In this document: piece after piece, positions 47,761 to 58,344 of the stretch
How the letters are laid out: each line of letters begins with the position of its first letter
How positions within the stretch are numbered: the first letter of the stretch is position 1
NCBI GenBank assembly: GCA_964430265.1
Contig: CAYSEI010000002.1
Span: forward strand, 20,769 to 84,768
Direction of reading: 5' to 3'
Origin: an uncultured Pseudomonadales bacterium
Lineage (GTDB): Bacteria; Patescibacteriota; Microgenomatia; UBA1400; CAYXSR01
DNA: 64,000 nucleotides
Program-made: the position numbers and the translations under genes
The notes under the pieces: model-generated
Seen by the model: only the letters and a program-made list of their open reading frames with translations
Databases searched by the model: none
Told to the model about the DNA's origin: nothing

Positions 47761-47783
47761 TAATTTTTAAATTGAAATAAAAT

Positions 47784-48656
47784 ATGGCAGACGAAAAAGA
47801 CTATTACCAAATCTTGGGAGTTTCAAAAAATGCAAGCAAAGATGATCTGAAAAAAGCTTATAGAAAGTTAGCGCTTAAATGGCATCCGGACAAAAACGAC
47901 TCCAAAGAAGCGGAAAAAAAGTTTAAGCAGATTAACGAGGCATACGAAATTCTTTCCGATCCGGAAAAAAGAAAAATGTATGATCAGTTTGGTCATACAG
48001 CTTTTGATCAAAGTCAAGGTTTTGGAGGTGCGCAATCAGGTGGAGGCCCTTTTACCTGGACTTACCGCTATTCAACCGGAGAAGGTCCACAGCAAGCAGG
48101 TTATCAAGATTTTGGCGGTTTTAGTGATCCATTTGAAATTTTTAGGGAGTTTTTTGGTGGTGGAAGTCCATTTGGTGGTGCAGCAAGACGGCAGCCAAGA
48201 CCGGGATACCAGTTGGAAATTGATTTTAAGGAGGCAGTAGAAGGAATAGAGAAAACTCTTGTTCACAGGGGAGAAGAAAAAAAGATCAAGATACCAGCAG
48301 GTATAAAATCTGGTTCAAGGATTAGATTTGAGGATTTCTATGTACGAATTAAAGTTAAGCCAGATAAAATATTTAAAAGAGAAGGAGACGATGTTATTGT
48401 GGAAAAGAAAATTTCTTTAACAACCGCTGTTTTAGGTGGGAGAGTAGAAGTTCCCACATTAGAAAATAAGGTAAAAATCAAAATCAGACCGGGAACCAAA
48501 ACAGGCACATTAATTCGTTTAAAAAATAGGGGAATTCCTCATTTAAGAGGCAGAGGCAAGGGAGATCAGTACGTAAAGATAGATGTTAATATACCCGAAA
48601 AATTAAACAAAGAACAGGAAAAAATTTTTAAAAAACTTCAGGATAGCGGATTATAA
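47784..48656 (+). CDS. dnaJ: DnaJ-family co-chaperone lacking the zinc-finger domain (CbpA/type-II-like).
   Basis: A J-domain (DYYQILGV...HPDKN), a G/F-rich region and C-terminal beta domains. There is no CxxCxGxG repeat. Confidence 0.8.
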   Translation: MADEKDYYQILGVSKNASKDDLKKAYRKLALKWHPDKNDSKEAEKKFKQINEAYEILSDPEKRKMYDQFGHTAFDQSQGFGGAQSGGGPFTWTYRYSTGEGPQQAGYQDFGGFSDPFEIFREFFGGGSPFGGAARRQPRPGYQLEIDFKEAVEGIEKTLVHRGEEKKIKIPAGIKSGSRIRFEDFYVRIKVKPDKIFKREGDDVIVEKKISLTTAVLGGRVEVPTLENKVKIKIRPGTKTGTLIRLKNRGIPHLRGRGKGDQYVKIDVNIPEKLNKEQEKIFKKLQDSGL

Positions 48657-48700
48657 TATTGTTTCTGGACAGAACGCGGAAAATATGCGAGAATTAAAAT

Positions 48701-49774
48701 ATGTTCCGTCCGAAATACAATATCTCCAATCAGATCTTAAAAAATGTATCTGCAATTGAAGCAGGCCGTGAAGTAATTGAACGTGCTCCCTTAATACCTG
48801 CATGGGAAGCCAAATTTAAAAAAGATGCCCAATTAAGAAGTATCCACTATGGAACACACATTGAAGGAAATAAGCTTTCTTTTTCCCAAGCCAAAAAAGT
48901 AGTGGAAGGAGAAGAAATAATTGGGAGAGAAAGAGATATACAAGAGGTAATTAACTACCGCAATGTTTTGGAATATATTGATAAACAAGGTGAAAAGAAA
49001 GCAGAGGGATTTAAAAAAGACAATAAAGTAAAGTATCAAGAGAAAACCCTTAAAAAAATACACAAGCTGACATTAGAAAAAATTTTAGACAAAGGTGAAT
49101 CTGGTAAATATCGCAAGAAAAAAGTAGTTATTCGTAACGGTAGTACAGGAAAAATTGCTTTTTCCCCTCCTCTTCCGCTGGAAGTTCCTTATCAGGTAGA
49201 AGATTTTTTAAAATGGCTAAATTCAGATATTAGTCAAAATATACATTCAGTACTCCGTGCAGGTATAACACATTATGAATTAGTCAGAATTCATCCCTTT
49301 ATTGACGGAAACGGACGTGTAGCAAGAGCTTGGGCAACATATATTTTATTTGTAGAAGGATATGATATAAAGAAACTTTTTTCTTTAGAAGAACATTTTG
49401 ATACAGATGCGCCCGCATATTATCAGGCATTACAGTCGGTTTCTAATATGGACGGAGATTTAACCAGTTGGCTGGAATATTTTACTCAAGTTCTAGCAGT
49501 TGAATTGGAACGCGTAAAAAGCAAGATAGAAGAACTATCATTGGATAAAAGGTTTAAAGACAAATTAGGTAGGCAGATTGCGCTTTCAGATAGGCAAATA
49601 AAGTTAGTGGAATATTTAAAAGATCATCAAAATCTACGTATGAATAAAGCAACGGAGTTATTGTCCATGGTTTCTGAAGATACAATTCTTAGAGATTTGA
49701 AGGACTTAATAAAAAAAGGTATAGTTAAAAAGAAAGGTAAAACAAAAGGAGCTCGATATTTGTTAGCTCAATGA
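48701..49774 (+). CDS. Fic-family protein (AMPylator) with a C-terminal winged-helix domain.
   Basis: The Fic motif HPFIDGNGRVARA. Confidence 0.85.
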   Translation: MFRPKYNISNQILKNVSAIEAGREVIERAPLIPAWEAKFKKDAQLRSIHYGTHIEGNKLSFSQAKKVVEGEEIIGRERDIQEVINYRNVLEYIDKQGEKKAEGFKKDNKVKYQEKTLKKIHKLTLEKILDKGESGKYRKKKVVIRNGSTGKIAFSPPLPLEVPYQVEDFLKWLNSDISQNIHSVLRAGITHYELVRIHPFIDGNGRVARAWATYILFVEGYDIKKLFSLEEHFDTDAPAYYQALQSVSNMDGDLTSWLEYFTQVLAVELERVKSKIEELSLDKRFKDKLGRQIALSDRQIKLVEYLKDHQNLRMNKATELLSMVSEDTILRDLKDLIKKGIVKKKGKTKGARYLLAQ

Positions 49775-49959
49775 ATACGGAAAGTACAGAATTTTTATTT
49801 ATGTCTTTAATACTTCCAAGTTTGTTTGGTTTGACTTTAATTGGAGAGGGACTTAATAAAATTCTTAAGAGTGAAGTAGCTGGATGGGTAAGCGTTATTA
49901 TGGGGATATTATTTATCATTGTGGTTATGTTTGCTTACAATATGATCACTCATATATAA
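49771..49959 (+). CDS. Small two-TM membrane protein (62 aa).
   Basis: Hydrophobic helices. A 4-nt overlap with the Fic stop. Confidence 0.3.
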   Translation: MNTESTEFLFMSLILPSLFGLTLIGEGLNKILKSEVAGWVSVIMGILFIIVVMFAYNMITHI

Positions 49960-49986
49960 CATATATAAAATAAGACGAAATTAAAT

Positions 49987-51750
49987 ATGAAATTTTCAGA
50001 ATTTTCCCGGTATTTACAGAATCTGGAAAATACAACATCCCGCAACAAGATGACTAATATACTTGGGGAGATGTTTAATAACCTTTCTTCAGAAGAAATT
50101 GAAAAAGCTTGCTATTTATCTCTGGGAAGACTAGCTCCAAAATATGAAGGTTTAAGACTTGATATGGCAGAAAAATTAATGATTAGGGCGATTGCACAAG
50201 CATTAAATATTAGTGAAGAAAAGATAGACCGAGAATACAAAAAAATAGGAGATCTAGGAGATACAATCTTTGAGTTAAAGAAGAAAAATAATAACAAAGA
50301 GAATAAAAAAATTACAGTTGCAGATGTCTATGCAATTTTACTTGAAATAGCAGAAGAAGAAGGAATTGGTAGTCAGGAAAGAAAAATTAACAGGATGGCG
50401 GTACTTATTCAAAACTTGGATAAATTAGGTGCAAAATATTTAGTAAGAATTCCGTTAGAAAAATTAAGACTAGGATTTTCAGATGTTACTGTTTTGGATG
50501 CTTTATCTTGGATGGAAAAAGAAAATAAATCTTTGCGACCAGAACTGGAAAGAGCTTTTAATGTTTTGGCAGATATTGGCAAGATTGCCAGTATTTTTAA
50601 AGAGTATGGAATTGAAAAAATAAAGGAAGTTAAGAGTGAAGTTGGCATTCCGATTAGAGCAGCTTTAGCAGAAAGACTTAATACGCCTGAAGAAATTTTG
50701 GAAAAGATGGACGGAAAATGTGCTCTGGAACCCAAATATGACGGGTTTAGGGTACAGATCCATTTTGATAAAAATAAAAAGCACAAAATTAAAAGAAAAG
50801 ACCAGAAAAGTCTTTTCAAAATAAATGAAGAAAAGCAATTTGTCAAAGTTTTTTCTCGTAATTTAGATGATACTACTCACATGTTTCCGGAGATTGTTGA
50901 AGCTGTACAAAAACTACCAGTTGAATCAATAATTTTGGATGGTGAGGCAATTGCATATAACGAAGAAACCGGAGAATTTTTGTCTTTTCAAAAAACGGTG
51001 CAAAGAAAGCGCAAATACGATATTAAACAAAAAGCAAAAGAATTACCTTTAAAAGTTTTTGTATTTGACGTATTGTATTTAAATGGAAAACCACAGCTTA
51101 ATAAAAGTTTTAAAAAGAGAAGAAAGGTTTTAGAAGATATATTGGATATAAAAAAAGACACGATTCTTTTAACAAAACAAAAAATTGTTAATAAAAAAGA
51201 ACAATTTAAAGAATTTTTTAATGCGGTTGTAAGTGAAGGATTGGAAGGATTAATGGCAAAAAAAATTCAAGCAGAATATCAAGCTGGAGCACGTAATTAC
51301 ACTTGGGTAAAGTACAAAGCAGCCATGCAGTCAGAATTAGCTGATACAGTTGATTGTGTTGTAATGGGATATTATCGAGGAAAGGGGAAGCGGTCTAAAT
51401 TTGGAATCGGTGCATTTTTAGTCGGAGTAAAACAAAAAGAAAAGTTTTTAACTGTTTCAAAAATAGGTACCGGAGTTACTGATGAACAATGGGAAGATAT
51501 TTACAAAAGACTTGAAAAAATTAAAACTGAAAAAAAACCCAAACAATATAAATTAGACAAAAATATTACTCCTGATGTTTGGTGTGCTCCCGAATTAGTA
51601 ATGGAAATTGAAGCTGATGAAATAACAGAATCTCCTTTGCATACTGCAGGTTTAGCATTGCGTTTTCCACGTTTGAAAAAAATTCGTGATGATAAAGATC
51701 CGGACCAGATAACAACAAAAAGTGAACTAAAAAAATTATATAATTTATAA
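49987..51750 (+). CDS. lig: ATP-dependent DNA ligase (archaeal/eukaryotic-type).
   Basis: The adenylation motif I EPKYDGFR (KxDG). The overall N-terminal DBD, NTase and OB architecture. Confidence 0.85.
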   Translation: MKFSEFSRYLQNLENTTSRNKMTNILGEMFNNLSSEEIEKACYLSLGRLAPKYEGLRLDMAEKLMIRAIAQALNISEEKIDREYKKIGDLGDTIFELKKKNNNKENKKITVADVYAILLEIAEEEGIGSQERKINRMAVLIQNLDKLGAKYLVRIPLEKLRLGFSDVTVLDALSWMEKENKSLRPELERAFNVLADIGKIASIFKEYGIEKIKEVKSEVGIPIRAALAERLNTPEEILEKMDGKCALEPKYDGFRVQIHFDKNKKHKIKRKDQKSLFKINEEKQFVKVFSRNLDDTTHMFPEIVEAVQKLPVESIILDGEAIAYNEETGEFLSFQKTVQRKRKYDIKQKAKELPLKVFVFDVLYLNGKPQLNKSFKKRRKVLEDILDIKKDTILLTKQKIVNKKEQFKEFFNAVVSEGLEGLMAKKIQAEYQAGARNYTWVKYKAAMQSELADTVDCVVMGYYRGKGKRSKFGIGAFLVGVKQKEKFLTVSKIGTGVTDEQWEDIYKRLEKIKTEKKPKQYKLDKNITPDVWCAPELVMEIEADEITESPLHTAGLALRFPRLKKIRDDKDPDQITTKSELKKLYNL

Positions 51751-51763
51751 TAGAATTGTATTT

Positions 51764-54274
51764 ATGACTGCCCTAGATAAAGGACTTACACAGCAAGAAG
51801 CAGAAAAAAAGTTGCAAGAATATGGTTTTAATCAAATACAAAAAAAGAAAAGAATTTCTGTTTTAAAATTAATTTGGGATCAGTTGAAGTCTCCATTAAT
51901 ATATATTTTAATTTTTGCAGGAGTTATTACTCTTTTTCTTCATGAATATAGTGATGCAATTGTAATTTTTCTAGCTGTGGGAATAAATGTTATTTTAGGA
52001 TTTATCCAGGAGTTTAAAGCGGAAAAGTCTTTGCAGGCTCTAAGAAAAATGGTTGTACCGCATGCTAAGGTGATTAGAAGTGGAAAAAGAAAAAAAATCG
52101 AGGCCAAGCATATTGTTCCCGGAGATGTTGTAATTGTAAATGCAGGAGACAGAATTCCTGCTGACGGAATATTGTTGGAATGTGTTGAAATGCAAGTAAA
52201 TGAAGCTATTTTGACGGGAGAATCCCGGCCCGTAGAAAAAAAAGTTTATGATAAAAAAAAAGATTATGATCAAATAGAAGATAGACACAAGGTTTTTATG
52301 GGAACAGCTGTAGTGGCAGGGAGGGGTAAAATTTTAATTAAAAGAACTGGGAAAAATACAAAAATGGGCAGAATTGCTAAAAAACTTGTACAAACAGCTG
52401 ACGAAGATACTCCTTTACGCAGAAGAATTAAATCTTTTTCTCAATTACTGACTTTTGTGTTTGTCGGTGCATGTACTGTGATTTTTATTGGTGGGCTTTT
52501 AAGAGGAGAAAGTCTAATTGAGATCTTTGAACTTTCAGTAGCAATTGCAGTAGCAGCAATTCCAGAGGGTTTGGCAATATCTTTGACTGTTATTTTGACT
52601 TTGGGTATGCGCAGGATTTTAAAAAGAAAAGGATTAGTCAGAAGGTTGTTAGCAGCAGAAACCTTGGGTTCAGTGGATGTAATTTGTGCAGATAAAACAG
52701 GGACATTAACACAAGGAAAAATGCAGTTGGTGGATATTGATACAGGAGAAAATAACAAAAAAGAAGTAATGCTACAGGCTGCAATACTTTGTAATAACCA
52801 AGATAATCATTTAGCTAGTGCAATGCTAGATTGGGTAAAAAAGGAAGGGCAAGATACTAAGAAAATTAACCAAGAATTTCCTCGTGAAATGGAAGTCCCT
52901 TTTTCTTCCCAAAGAAAATTTATCTCAGTTTTGGTTAAAGAAAACGAACAAGAAGGCAGAATAATATTAGGAGGAGCTCCAGAAAAAGTATTAAAAATGG
53001 CAAACGTAGCCGAAAAGGAATACTGGCACAAAAAATTGGAAGAATATACAAGCAAGGGGTTAAGATTAATTGCTTTTGCGCAGAAAAAAGATGAACTTGA
53101 AAACCTAAAAGAAAAGTTTAAACAAAATATAAAAAAAGGAAAAGCAATAGATATGGAATTTTTAGGGTTATTATTGTTTGAAGATCCTGTGCGTTTAGAA
53201 GTTAAAAATGCCTTAAAAGAGACGAAAAAAGCAGGTATTGATCTAAAAGTAATTACTGGCGACTACCAAAATACAGCAGAAGTAGTTTTAGAAAAGCTAG
53301 ACATTGTTGGAAGAAAATTAAAAGAAGAAGAAATGATGTCGGGTAATGAGTTAAAAGAAATTTCTCAAGATGAATTAAGAAAAGATATAAAGAAAATTAT
53401 TCTTTTTTACAGGACTACTCCGGAACAAAAGATACGTATTGTTGAAGCTTTACAAAGTTTAGACCATATAGTGGCAATGATGGGAGACGGTGTAAACGAC
53501 TCACTGGCTTTAAAAAAAGCAGATATTGGAGTGGTGGTTGGGGAAGCGTCAGAAGTTTCCAAAGAAACGGCGGATATGGTTTTATTGGATTCTAATTTTC
53601 AAACCATTATTGCTGCGATTGAAGAAGGCAGGGGGATTTTCAACAATTTAAGAAAAGTAGTTTTGTACCTTCTTTCGGATAGCTTTACTGAAGTTGTTTT
53701 GATCGGGGGTAGTTTGTTACTTGGATTACCTATGCCAATACTTCCGGCACAGATATTGTGGATAAATCTGGTTGAAGACAGTTTACCGGGACTGGCATTG
53801 GCATTTGAACCCAAAGAAGAAGGGCTGATGCAGGAAAAGCCTCGTAAAAAGGATGCACCCATTATTGACCAGGAAGTAAAAGATATTATTTTAATTGTGG
53901 GAGGAATAACAAATATTTTGTTATTTGCATTTTTTTATTATCTCTTAGGGCAAAATTTGGCAATAGAAAAAATTCGAAGTTTAATGTTTGCTTCATTTGC
54001 AATTGATTCTATACTTTACTTGTTTTCCTGCAAAACTTTAAAAAAGAATTTATGGGAAGACGATCTTTTGGATAACAAATTTTTGCTTGTTAGTGCTGTA
54101 ATTTCTTTCGGATTACTTTTAATAGGAATTTATCTGCCTTTTTTCAACTATTTATTAGGAAGTGTTCCTTTTGAAATTTATTACTGGCTTCTGATTTTTG
54201 CCATTGGTATTATTGGAGTAATTGGTATTGAATTTATCAAATGGATATTTAAAACTAAAAGTAGAAGAGTTTAA
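51764..54274 (+). CDS. P-type cation-transporting ATPase, probably Ca2+ (type II).
   Basis: DKTGTLTQ phosphorylation motif, TGES, MMGDGVNDSLALKKADIG and 10 TM segments. Confidence 0.9.
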   Translation: MTALDKGLTQQEAEKKLQEYGFNQIQKKKRISVLKLIWDQLKSPLIYILIFAGVITLFLHEYSDAIVIFLAVGINVILGFIQEFKAEKSLQALRKMVVPHAKVIRSGKRKKIEAKHIVPGDVVIVNAGDRIPADGILLECVEMQVNEAILTGESRPVEKKVYDKKKDYDQIEDRHKVFMGTAVVAGRGKILIKRTGKNTKMGRIAKKLVQTADEDTPLRRRIKSFSQLLTFVFVGACTVIFIGGLLRGESLIEIFELSVAIAVAAIPEGLAISLTVILTLGMRRILKRKGLVRRLLAAETLGSVDVICADKTGTLTQGKMQLVDIDTGENNKKEVMLQAAILCNNQDNHLASAMLDWVKKEGQDTKKINQEFPREMEVPFSSQRKFISVLVKENEQEGRIILGGAPEKVLKMANVAEKEYWHKKLEEYTSKGLRLIAFAQKKDELENLKEKFKQNIKKGKAIDMEFLGLLLFEDPVRLEVKNALKETKKAGIDLKVITGDYQNTAEVVLEKLDIVGRKLKEEEMMSGNELKEISQDELRKDIKKIILFYRTTPEQKIRIVEALQSLDHIVAMMGDGVNDSLALKKADIGVVVGEASEVSKETADMVLLDSNFQTIIAAIEEGRGIFNNLRKVVLYLLSDSFTEVVLIGGSLLLGLPMPILPAQILWINLVEDSLPGLALAFEPKEEGLMQEKPRKKDAPIIDQEVKDIILIVGGITNILLFAFFYYLLGQNLAIEKIRSLMFASFAIDSILYLFSCKTLKKNLWEDDLLDNKFLLVSAVISFGLLLIGIYLPFFNYLLGSVPFEIYYWLLIFAIGIIGVIGIEFIKWIFKTKSRRV

Positions 54275-54297
54275 AAAGCTATGTTATATTTAAAATT

Positions 54298-55299
54298 ATG
54301 ATTTTAATATTTTATCTAATCCTTTTAATCTTTTTCTCTTTTCTGCTTATTAAAGCAACAGAAATACTTATTGAGGCCTTAAATAGACTTTCCCGGATTT
54401 CTCAAATTAGACAATTTGCTTTGACTTCCTTTCTTTTGGCTTTAGCAACTTCTTTACCAGAAATTTTTGTGGGAGTTACTTCCGCTCTTGAAGGAAAACC
54501 AAGTTTATCTTTAGGGAATGTATTAGGTTCTAATATTGCAAATTTATCTTTGGTAATTGGAGGTTCTGCAGTGATTGGAGGAACTTTAAGTGTTGCGGGT
54601 GAGTTCTTAACCAAGGATGTTTTTTATGGATTTATAGCAGGAACTTTACCTCTTGTTCTTTTACTGGATGACAAACTGACTCAACCCGAAGGCTTGTTTT
54701 TAATATTGGTATACGGAATCTATAATTTTACGGTTTTAAAAGGCAAAAGAAGATTAAATCAAAAAGGATTTTTAAAAAGGATAGTTAAAAAATTGCAGCA
54801 TAAAGAAATGGATCGGCATATTGCCTGGGTTTTTGCAGGCGCAGCTTTACTGGTTTTTAGTGCAGATGGCCTTGTCAGGGTTTCGACAGCAATTGCCAAG
54901 AGTTTTAATGTTCCTATACTTTTGATTGGTTTGTTTTTGGTGTCAGTCGGGACAAGCTTGCCGGAGCTTTCTTTTGGACTTAAAGCAATTTCAAAAAAAC
55001 AGGTGGGCATGGTTTTTGGAAATCTTTTAGGCAGTATTGTTGCAAATTCAACCATTGTTTTAGGAATAACTGCTTTAATTGAACCAATATTTTTGGACGG
55101 GGGATTTCAAGTATATTTAACTGCCAGTTTAGTATTTGTTATGGTATTTTTCTTGTTCTGGTTTTTTGTTAGAACCAAGAAAAAACTGGAACGCTGGGAA
55201 GGTCTAGTTTTGTTTATACTCTATATCCTTTTTGTAATTTTTGAGTTTATGCGGGTGAGCGGAAACATTCCTCAATTACCGATTAGTGTTAAGCATTAA
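54298..55299 (+). CDS. CaCA-family Na+/Ca2+ exchanger (YrbG-like).
   Basis: Two alpha-repeats (GNVLGSNIANLSLVIGGSA and GTSLPELSFG...GNLLGSIVANSTIVLG). Confidence 0.8.
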   Translation: MILIFYLILLIFFSFLLIKATEILIEALNRLSRISQIRQFALTSFLLALATSLPEIFVGVTSALEGKPSLSLGNVLGSNIANLSLVIGGSAVIGGTLSVAGEFLTKDVFYGFIAGTLPLVLLLDDKLTQPEGLFLILVYGIYNFTVLKGKRRLNQKGFLKRIVKKLQHKEMDRHIAWVFAGAALLVFSADGLVRVSTAIAKSFNVPILLIGLFLVSVGTSLPELSFGLKAISKKQVGMVFGNLLGSIVANSTIVLGITALIEPIFLDGGFQVYLTASLVFVMVFFLFWFFVRTKKKLERWEGLVLFILYILFVIFEFMRVSGNIPQLPISVKH

Positions 55300-56443
55300 T
55301 AAGAGTACAAACCTTTTTCAAAAGTCTCATTTCTGCTTTTTGATTGTATTCTTTTTGTTTTTTTAAAGGCTTTTTAAAATTCTCAAGTTGTTGAGGATTT
55401 CTAATAATATTTTTTATTAATTTATTTGCTTTAAGCGGATTTTCTTGGACATAACCTAATTTTTTTTCTTTAATAATATCCAAATTTCCATCTTCCTGTC
55501 CGCTGATATGAGTAATTGCAAAAAAGGGTTTTTTACAGGCAACTGTTTCAAATAGTAAGTTTGGTCCGGCCTTTCCCACAACAATATCGGAAACATTAAT
55601 TAATTGAGGCATTTGGTTTGTGAATTGAAATATTTTTAGTTTTAAACGGTTATTAATGTTTTTTAAATGCTTGATGTCCAAGTTTTTAAATTTATTTAAC
55701 AAATTTTTAAAAGAATTAGCTGCTTTATATAATTCATTGTTGTTCCCGCATATAATAATTAATTGCATTTTTTTGTCCATTGAAAGTAAACTAGGCAGAA
55801 TTTTTAAAATCATGCTGGTACCCTCGCTACCGCCGCAAATCAAGGCAGTAAAACATTTTGGATCAAATCCAAGTTGATTGTTTATTTTCTCAATTTCATG
55901 GTTCTTGTAAAATTGTTTGCGTACAAACCATCCGCCAGCAAAAAGTTTTTCTTTTTTGAGTCCAAACTTATTTCCCAGTTCTAATGCTTTTGAATCATAA
56001 ACCCAGTTTAAATCTGCTTTAGAAGAAAATTCTAAAGGGTGTAAAACCCAAGTATTTGCAAGAATATTTATGAACGGAATAGGGTGAGTTTGAAAATTAT
56101 TTATTTTTTCAATTACGGGATTATAAAGAAAATATGTGGAAATAATTAAATCAGGTTTAAATGATTTAATTACTTTAATAGTCTCTTCTTTTAACCGATT
56201 GGTCATTAACTTATTAACAGCTTTTTGAATGTGGTCTTTTTTGGCAAGGTTATAGGGAAATTTAACCAAGTTGGGAAAATAACGGTATAAGGTAGTGTAA
56301 AAATCAAAAATTTTAAAATCATAAGGATTAGTTATTTTAACCTCGTAATCTTTATCAAGAATTTGCTTAACTGCTTTTGCTATACTTACATGTCCTTGTA
56401 CGGCTGTGAAAATTAATATTTTTTTCATCTGATTATCTCCCAT
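55289..56443 (-). CDS. GT28-family glycosyltransferase (MGDG synthase / UgtP-like diacylglycerol glycosyltransferase), paralog 1.
   Basis: The C-terminal DIVVGKAGPNLLFETVACKKPFFAITHISGQEDGN is the MGDG_synth/GT28_C signature. A paralog is at 57190-58326. Confidence 0.75.
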   Translation of the reverse strand: MGDNQMKKILIFTAVQGHVSIAKAVKQILDKDYEVKITNPYDFKIFDFYTTLYRYFPNLVKFPYNLAKKDHIQKAVNKLMTNRLKEETIKVIKSFKPDLIISTYFLYNPVIEKINNFQTHPIPFINILANTWVLHPLEFSSKADLNWVYDSKALELGNKFGLKKEKLFAGGWFVRKQFYKNHEIEKINNQLGFDPKCFTALICGGSEGTSMILKILPSLLSMDKKMQLIIICGNNNELYKAANSFKNLLNKFKNLDIKHLKNINNRLKLKIFQFTNQMPQLINVSDIVVGKAGPNLLFETVACKKPFFAITHISGQEDGNLDIIKEKKLGYVQENPLKANKLIKNIIRNPQQLENFKKPLKKQKEYNQKAEMRLLKKVCTLINA

Positions 56444-57186
56444 TCACCCAAGTTTTTCCCGGTAATTTTGACCCACAAATTATTTATAACATACAAAAAA
56501 ACAACTTCCTTAATAATCCATTTTAAAAATCTTCCCTTGGTTCTGCGCGGAGAGGAAACAACCTCCAATTTAGGGTCAAGAACTGATTTTCCACCAATTT
56601 TATTTAATTTTTTTAAAATTGACAGCTGGTCAGTGTGGTAGCGCAAATCATAACCGCCGATTTTAATAAAGGCGGACTTTTTGATTGCGACGTTTCCGCC
56701 GTAATAAGCAGGTGGTTTTTTAAAAATATTTTGCCAGTTTAAAATAATTTTGGTAAGAAACTTGTTCCAGTTATCTTTTTCTTCTTTTTTTGAAATACAA
56801 CGGTACGGTCCGGTAACCAAAGCTATTTTTTCATCATTTTTAAAATGAGAGTAAATATTTTGCAGCCAATTTTTGGGCACTAAACAATCAGCATCTAAAT
56901 TAATAAAATATTTACCTTTTGATTTTTTAAACCCAGCATTGCGTGCATATAGCAAACCTTTCCTTGACTCGTCAATCAATTTTACAGGAAATTTTTTGGC
57001 TATTTCAGCACTATTATCAGTTGAGTTATTATTAACTACAATAACTTCATAACTTTTTCGAGGAAAATCTTGATGAAAAAGATTATTTAAACAAGAAGCA
57101 AGAATCTTTTCCTCATTGTAGACCGGAATTATCACAGAAAAAAGCAGAGACTTTTCTTTATTCATAAAAAAATTATAGCACAGCAA
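56425..57186 (-). CDS. Family-2 glycosyltransferase (DPM/DPG synthase-like).
   Basis: FSVIIPVYNEE...NNNSTDNS and the DAD motif. Confidence 0.8.
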   Translation of the reverse strand: MLCYNFFMNKEKSLLFSVIIPVYNEEKILASCLNNLFHQDFPRKSYEVIVVNNNSTDNSAEIAKKFPVKLIDESRKGLLYARNAGFKKSKGKYFINLDADCLVPKNWLQNIYSHFKNDEKIALVTGPYRCISKKEEKDNWNKFLTKIILNWQNIFKKPPAYYGGNVAIKKSAFIKIGGYDLRYHTDQLSILKKLNKIGGKSVLDPKLEVVSSPRRTKGRFLKWIIKEVVFLYVINNLWVKITGKNLGEWEIIR

Positions 57187-57189
57187 AGT

Positions 57190-58326
57190 TTAGATTAGCT
57201 GTTCAACAGTTTTCAGTAATTTTATGCCGGAAGCTAAATTGTATTGCTTTTCTTTGGCTATGCTTTTTTCAAATTTTCTTAGTTCATTTGGATTATTAAT
57301 GATTTTATTCAATAGTTTGCGTGCTTTAAGGGGATCTTCTTCAACAAATCCTAATTCCTTTTTTTGTATCAGCTCCAAATTTCCAGTTTCTTGTCCTTCA
57401 ATATGTGTAATAGCAAAAAAGGGTTTTTTTGAAACCACAGTTTCAAAAAGTAAGTTGGGACCGGCTTTACCAATAACCATATCTGCCACCTGCATTAACT
57501 GTGGTATTTTGTCAGTAAAATTTAAAATTTCCATTTTACAATTTTTAGCTATAAAGCCATTTAATTTTTTTATTAGTTCTTTAAAGGACTTTGCTGCTTT
57601 ATAAAGATCTTTGTTTTTACCACAGATGACAATAATCTGTAAAGGCTTTTCTGTTTCTAAAAAGGTAGGAAAGACTTTTAATATTTGATTTGTTCCTTGA
57701 CTCCCCCCGCAAATTAAAAATGTAGGAGTGTCTTCTTCAAATTTAAAGCGTTGATAATATTTTTTTAAATCATATTTGTTATAAAATTGATTTCTTATAA
57801 ACCAGCCGGTTTTTAATAACTTTTCCGGTTTTATCCCATATTTTTGGGCTTGTCTTATTGTCTCTTGATCATAAACTAAGTTTAAATCAGCTTTTATACT
57901 TAAACTTAAAGGATGAATTGTCCAGGGATCAGTAACAATGTTAATAAAAGGTATAGGTTGTTTTTGGTAGCTTAGAAATTCTTCAATTGCTGGATTAAGA
58001 AATAAATAAGTAGAAATAATTAAATTTGGTTTTTCTTTTTTGATAATTTTTTTAATTACTTCTAACAGCTTTTTTTTCAAAAATTTTTTAAATGCTTTTT
58101 GTAGTGAGTCTTTTTTACCCAGTTCAAATGGAATTTGTATTAGATTGGGAAAATAACGATATAAAGGAGAATAAAATTCAAACATATTTAAACTTTTACG
58201 CATGTCGATTAACCGAGTTTGATATTTTTGTTGCAGAGTCTGTTGCACAGATTTAGCAATGCTGTAATGTCCTTGTGGAGCAGTAAAAATAAGGATTTTT
58301 TTCTTAGTTGCAGGTTTTGCTTGCAT
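57190..58326 (-). CDS. GT28-family glycosyltransferase (MGDG synthase/UgtP-like), paralog 2.
   Basis: VADMVIGKAGPNLLFETVVSKKPFFAITHIEGQETGN. It is collinear with the 55289 ORF. Confidence 0.75.
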   Translation of the reverse strand: MQAKPATKKKILIFTAPQGHYSIAKSVQQTLQQKYQTRLIDMRKSLNMFEFYSPLYRYFPNLIQIPFELGKKDSLQKAFKKFLKKKLLEVIKKIIKKEKPNLIISTYLFLNPAIEEFLSYQKQPIPFINIVTDPWTIHPLSLSIKADLNLVYDQETIRQAQKYGIKPEKLLKTGWFIRNQFYNKYDLKKYYQRFKFEEDTPTFLICGGSQGTNQILKVFPTFLETEKPLQIIVICGKNKDLYKAAKSFKELIKKLNGFIAKNCKMEILNFTDKIPQLMQVADMVIGKAGPNLLFETVVSKKPFFAITHIEGQETGNLELIQKKELGFVEEDPLKARKLLNKIINNPNELRKFEKSIAKEKQYNLASGIKLLKTVEQLI

Positions 58327-58344
58327 ATGAGAAAATTATAACAT

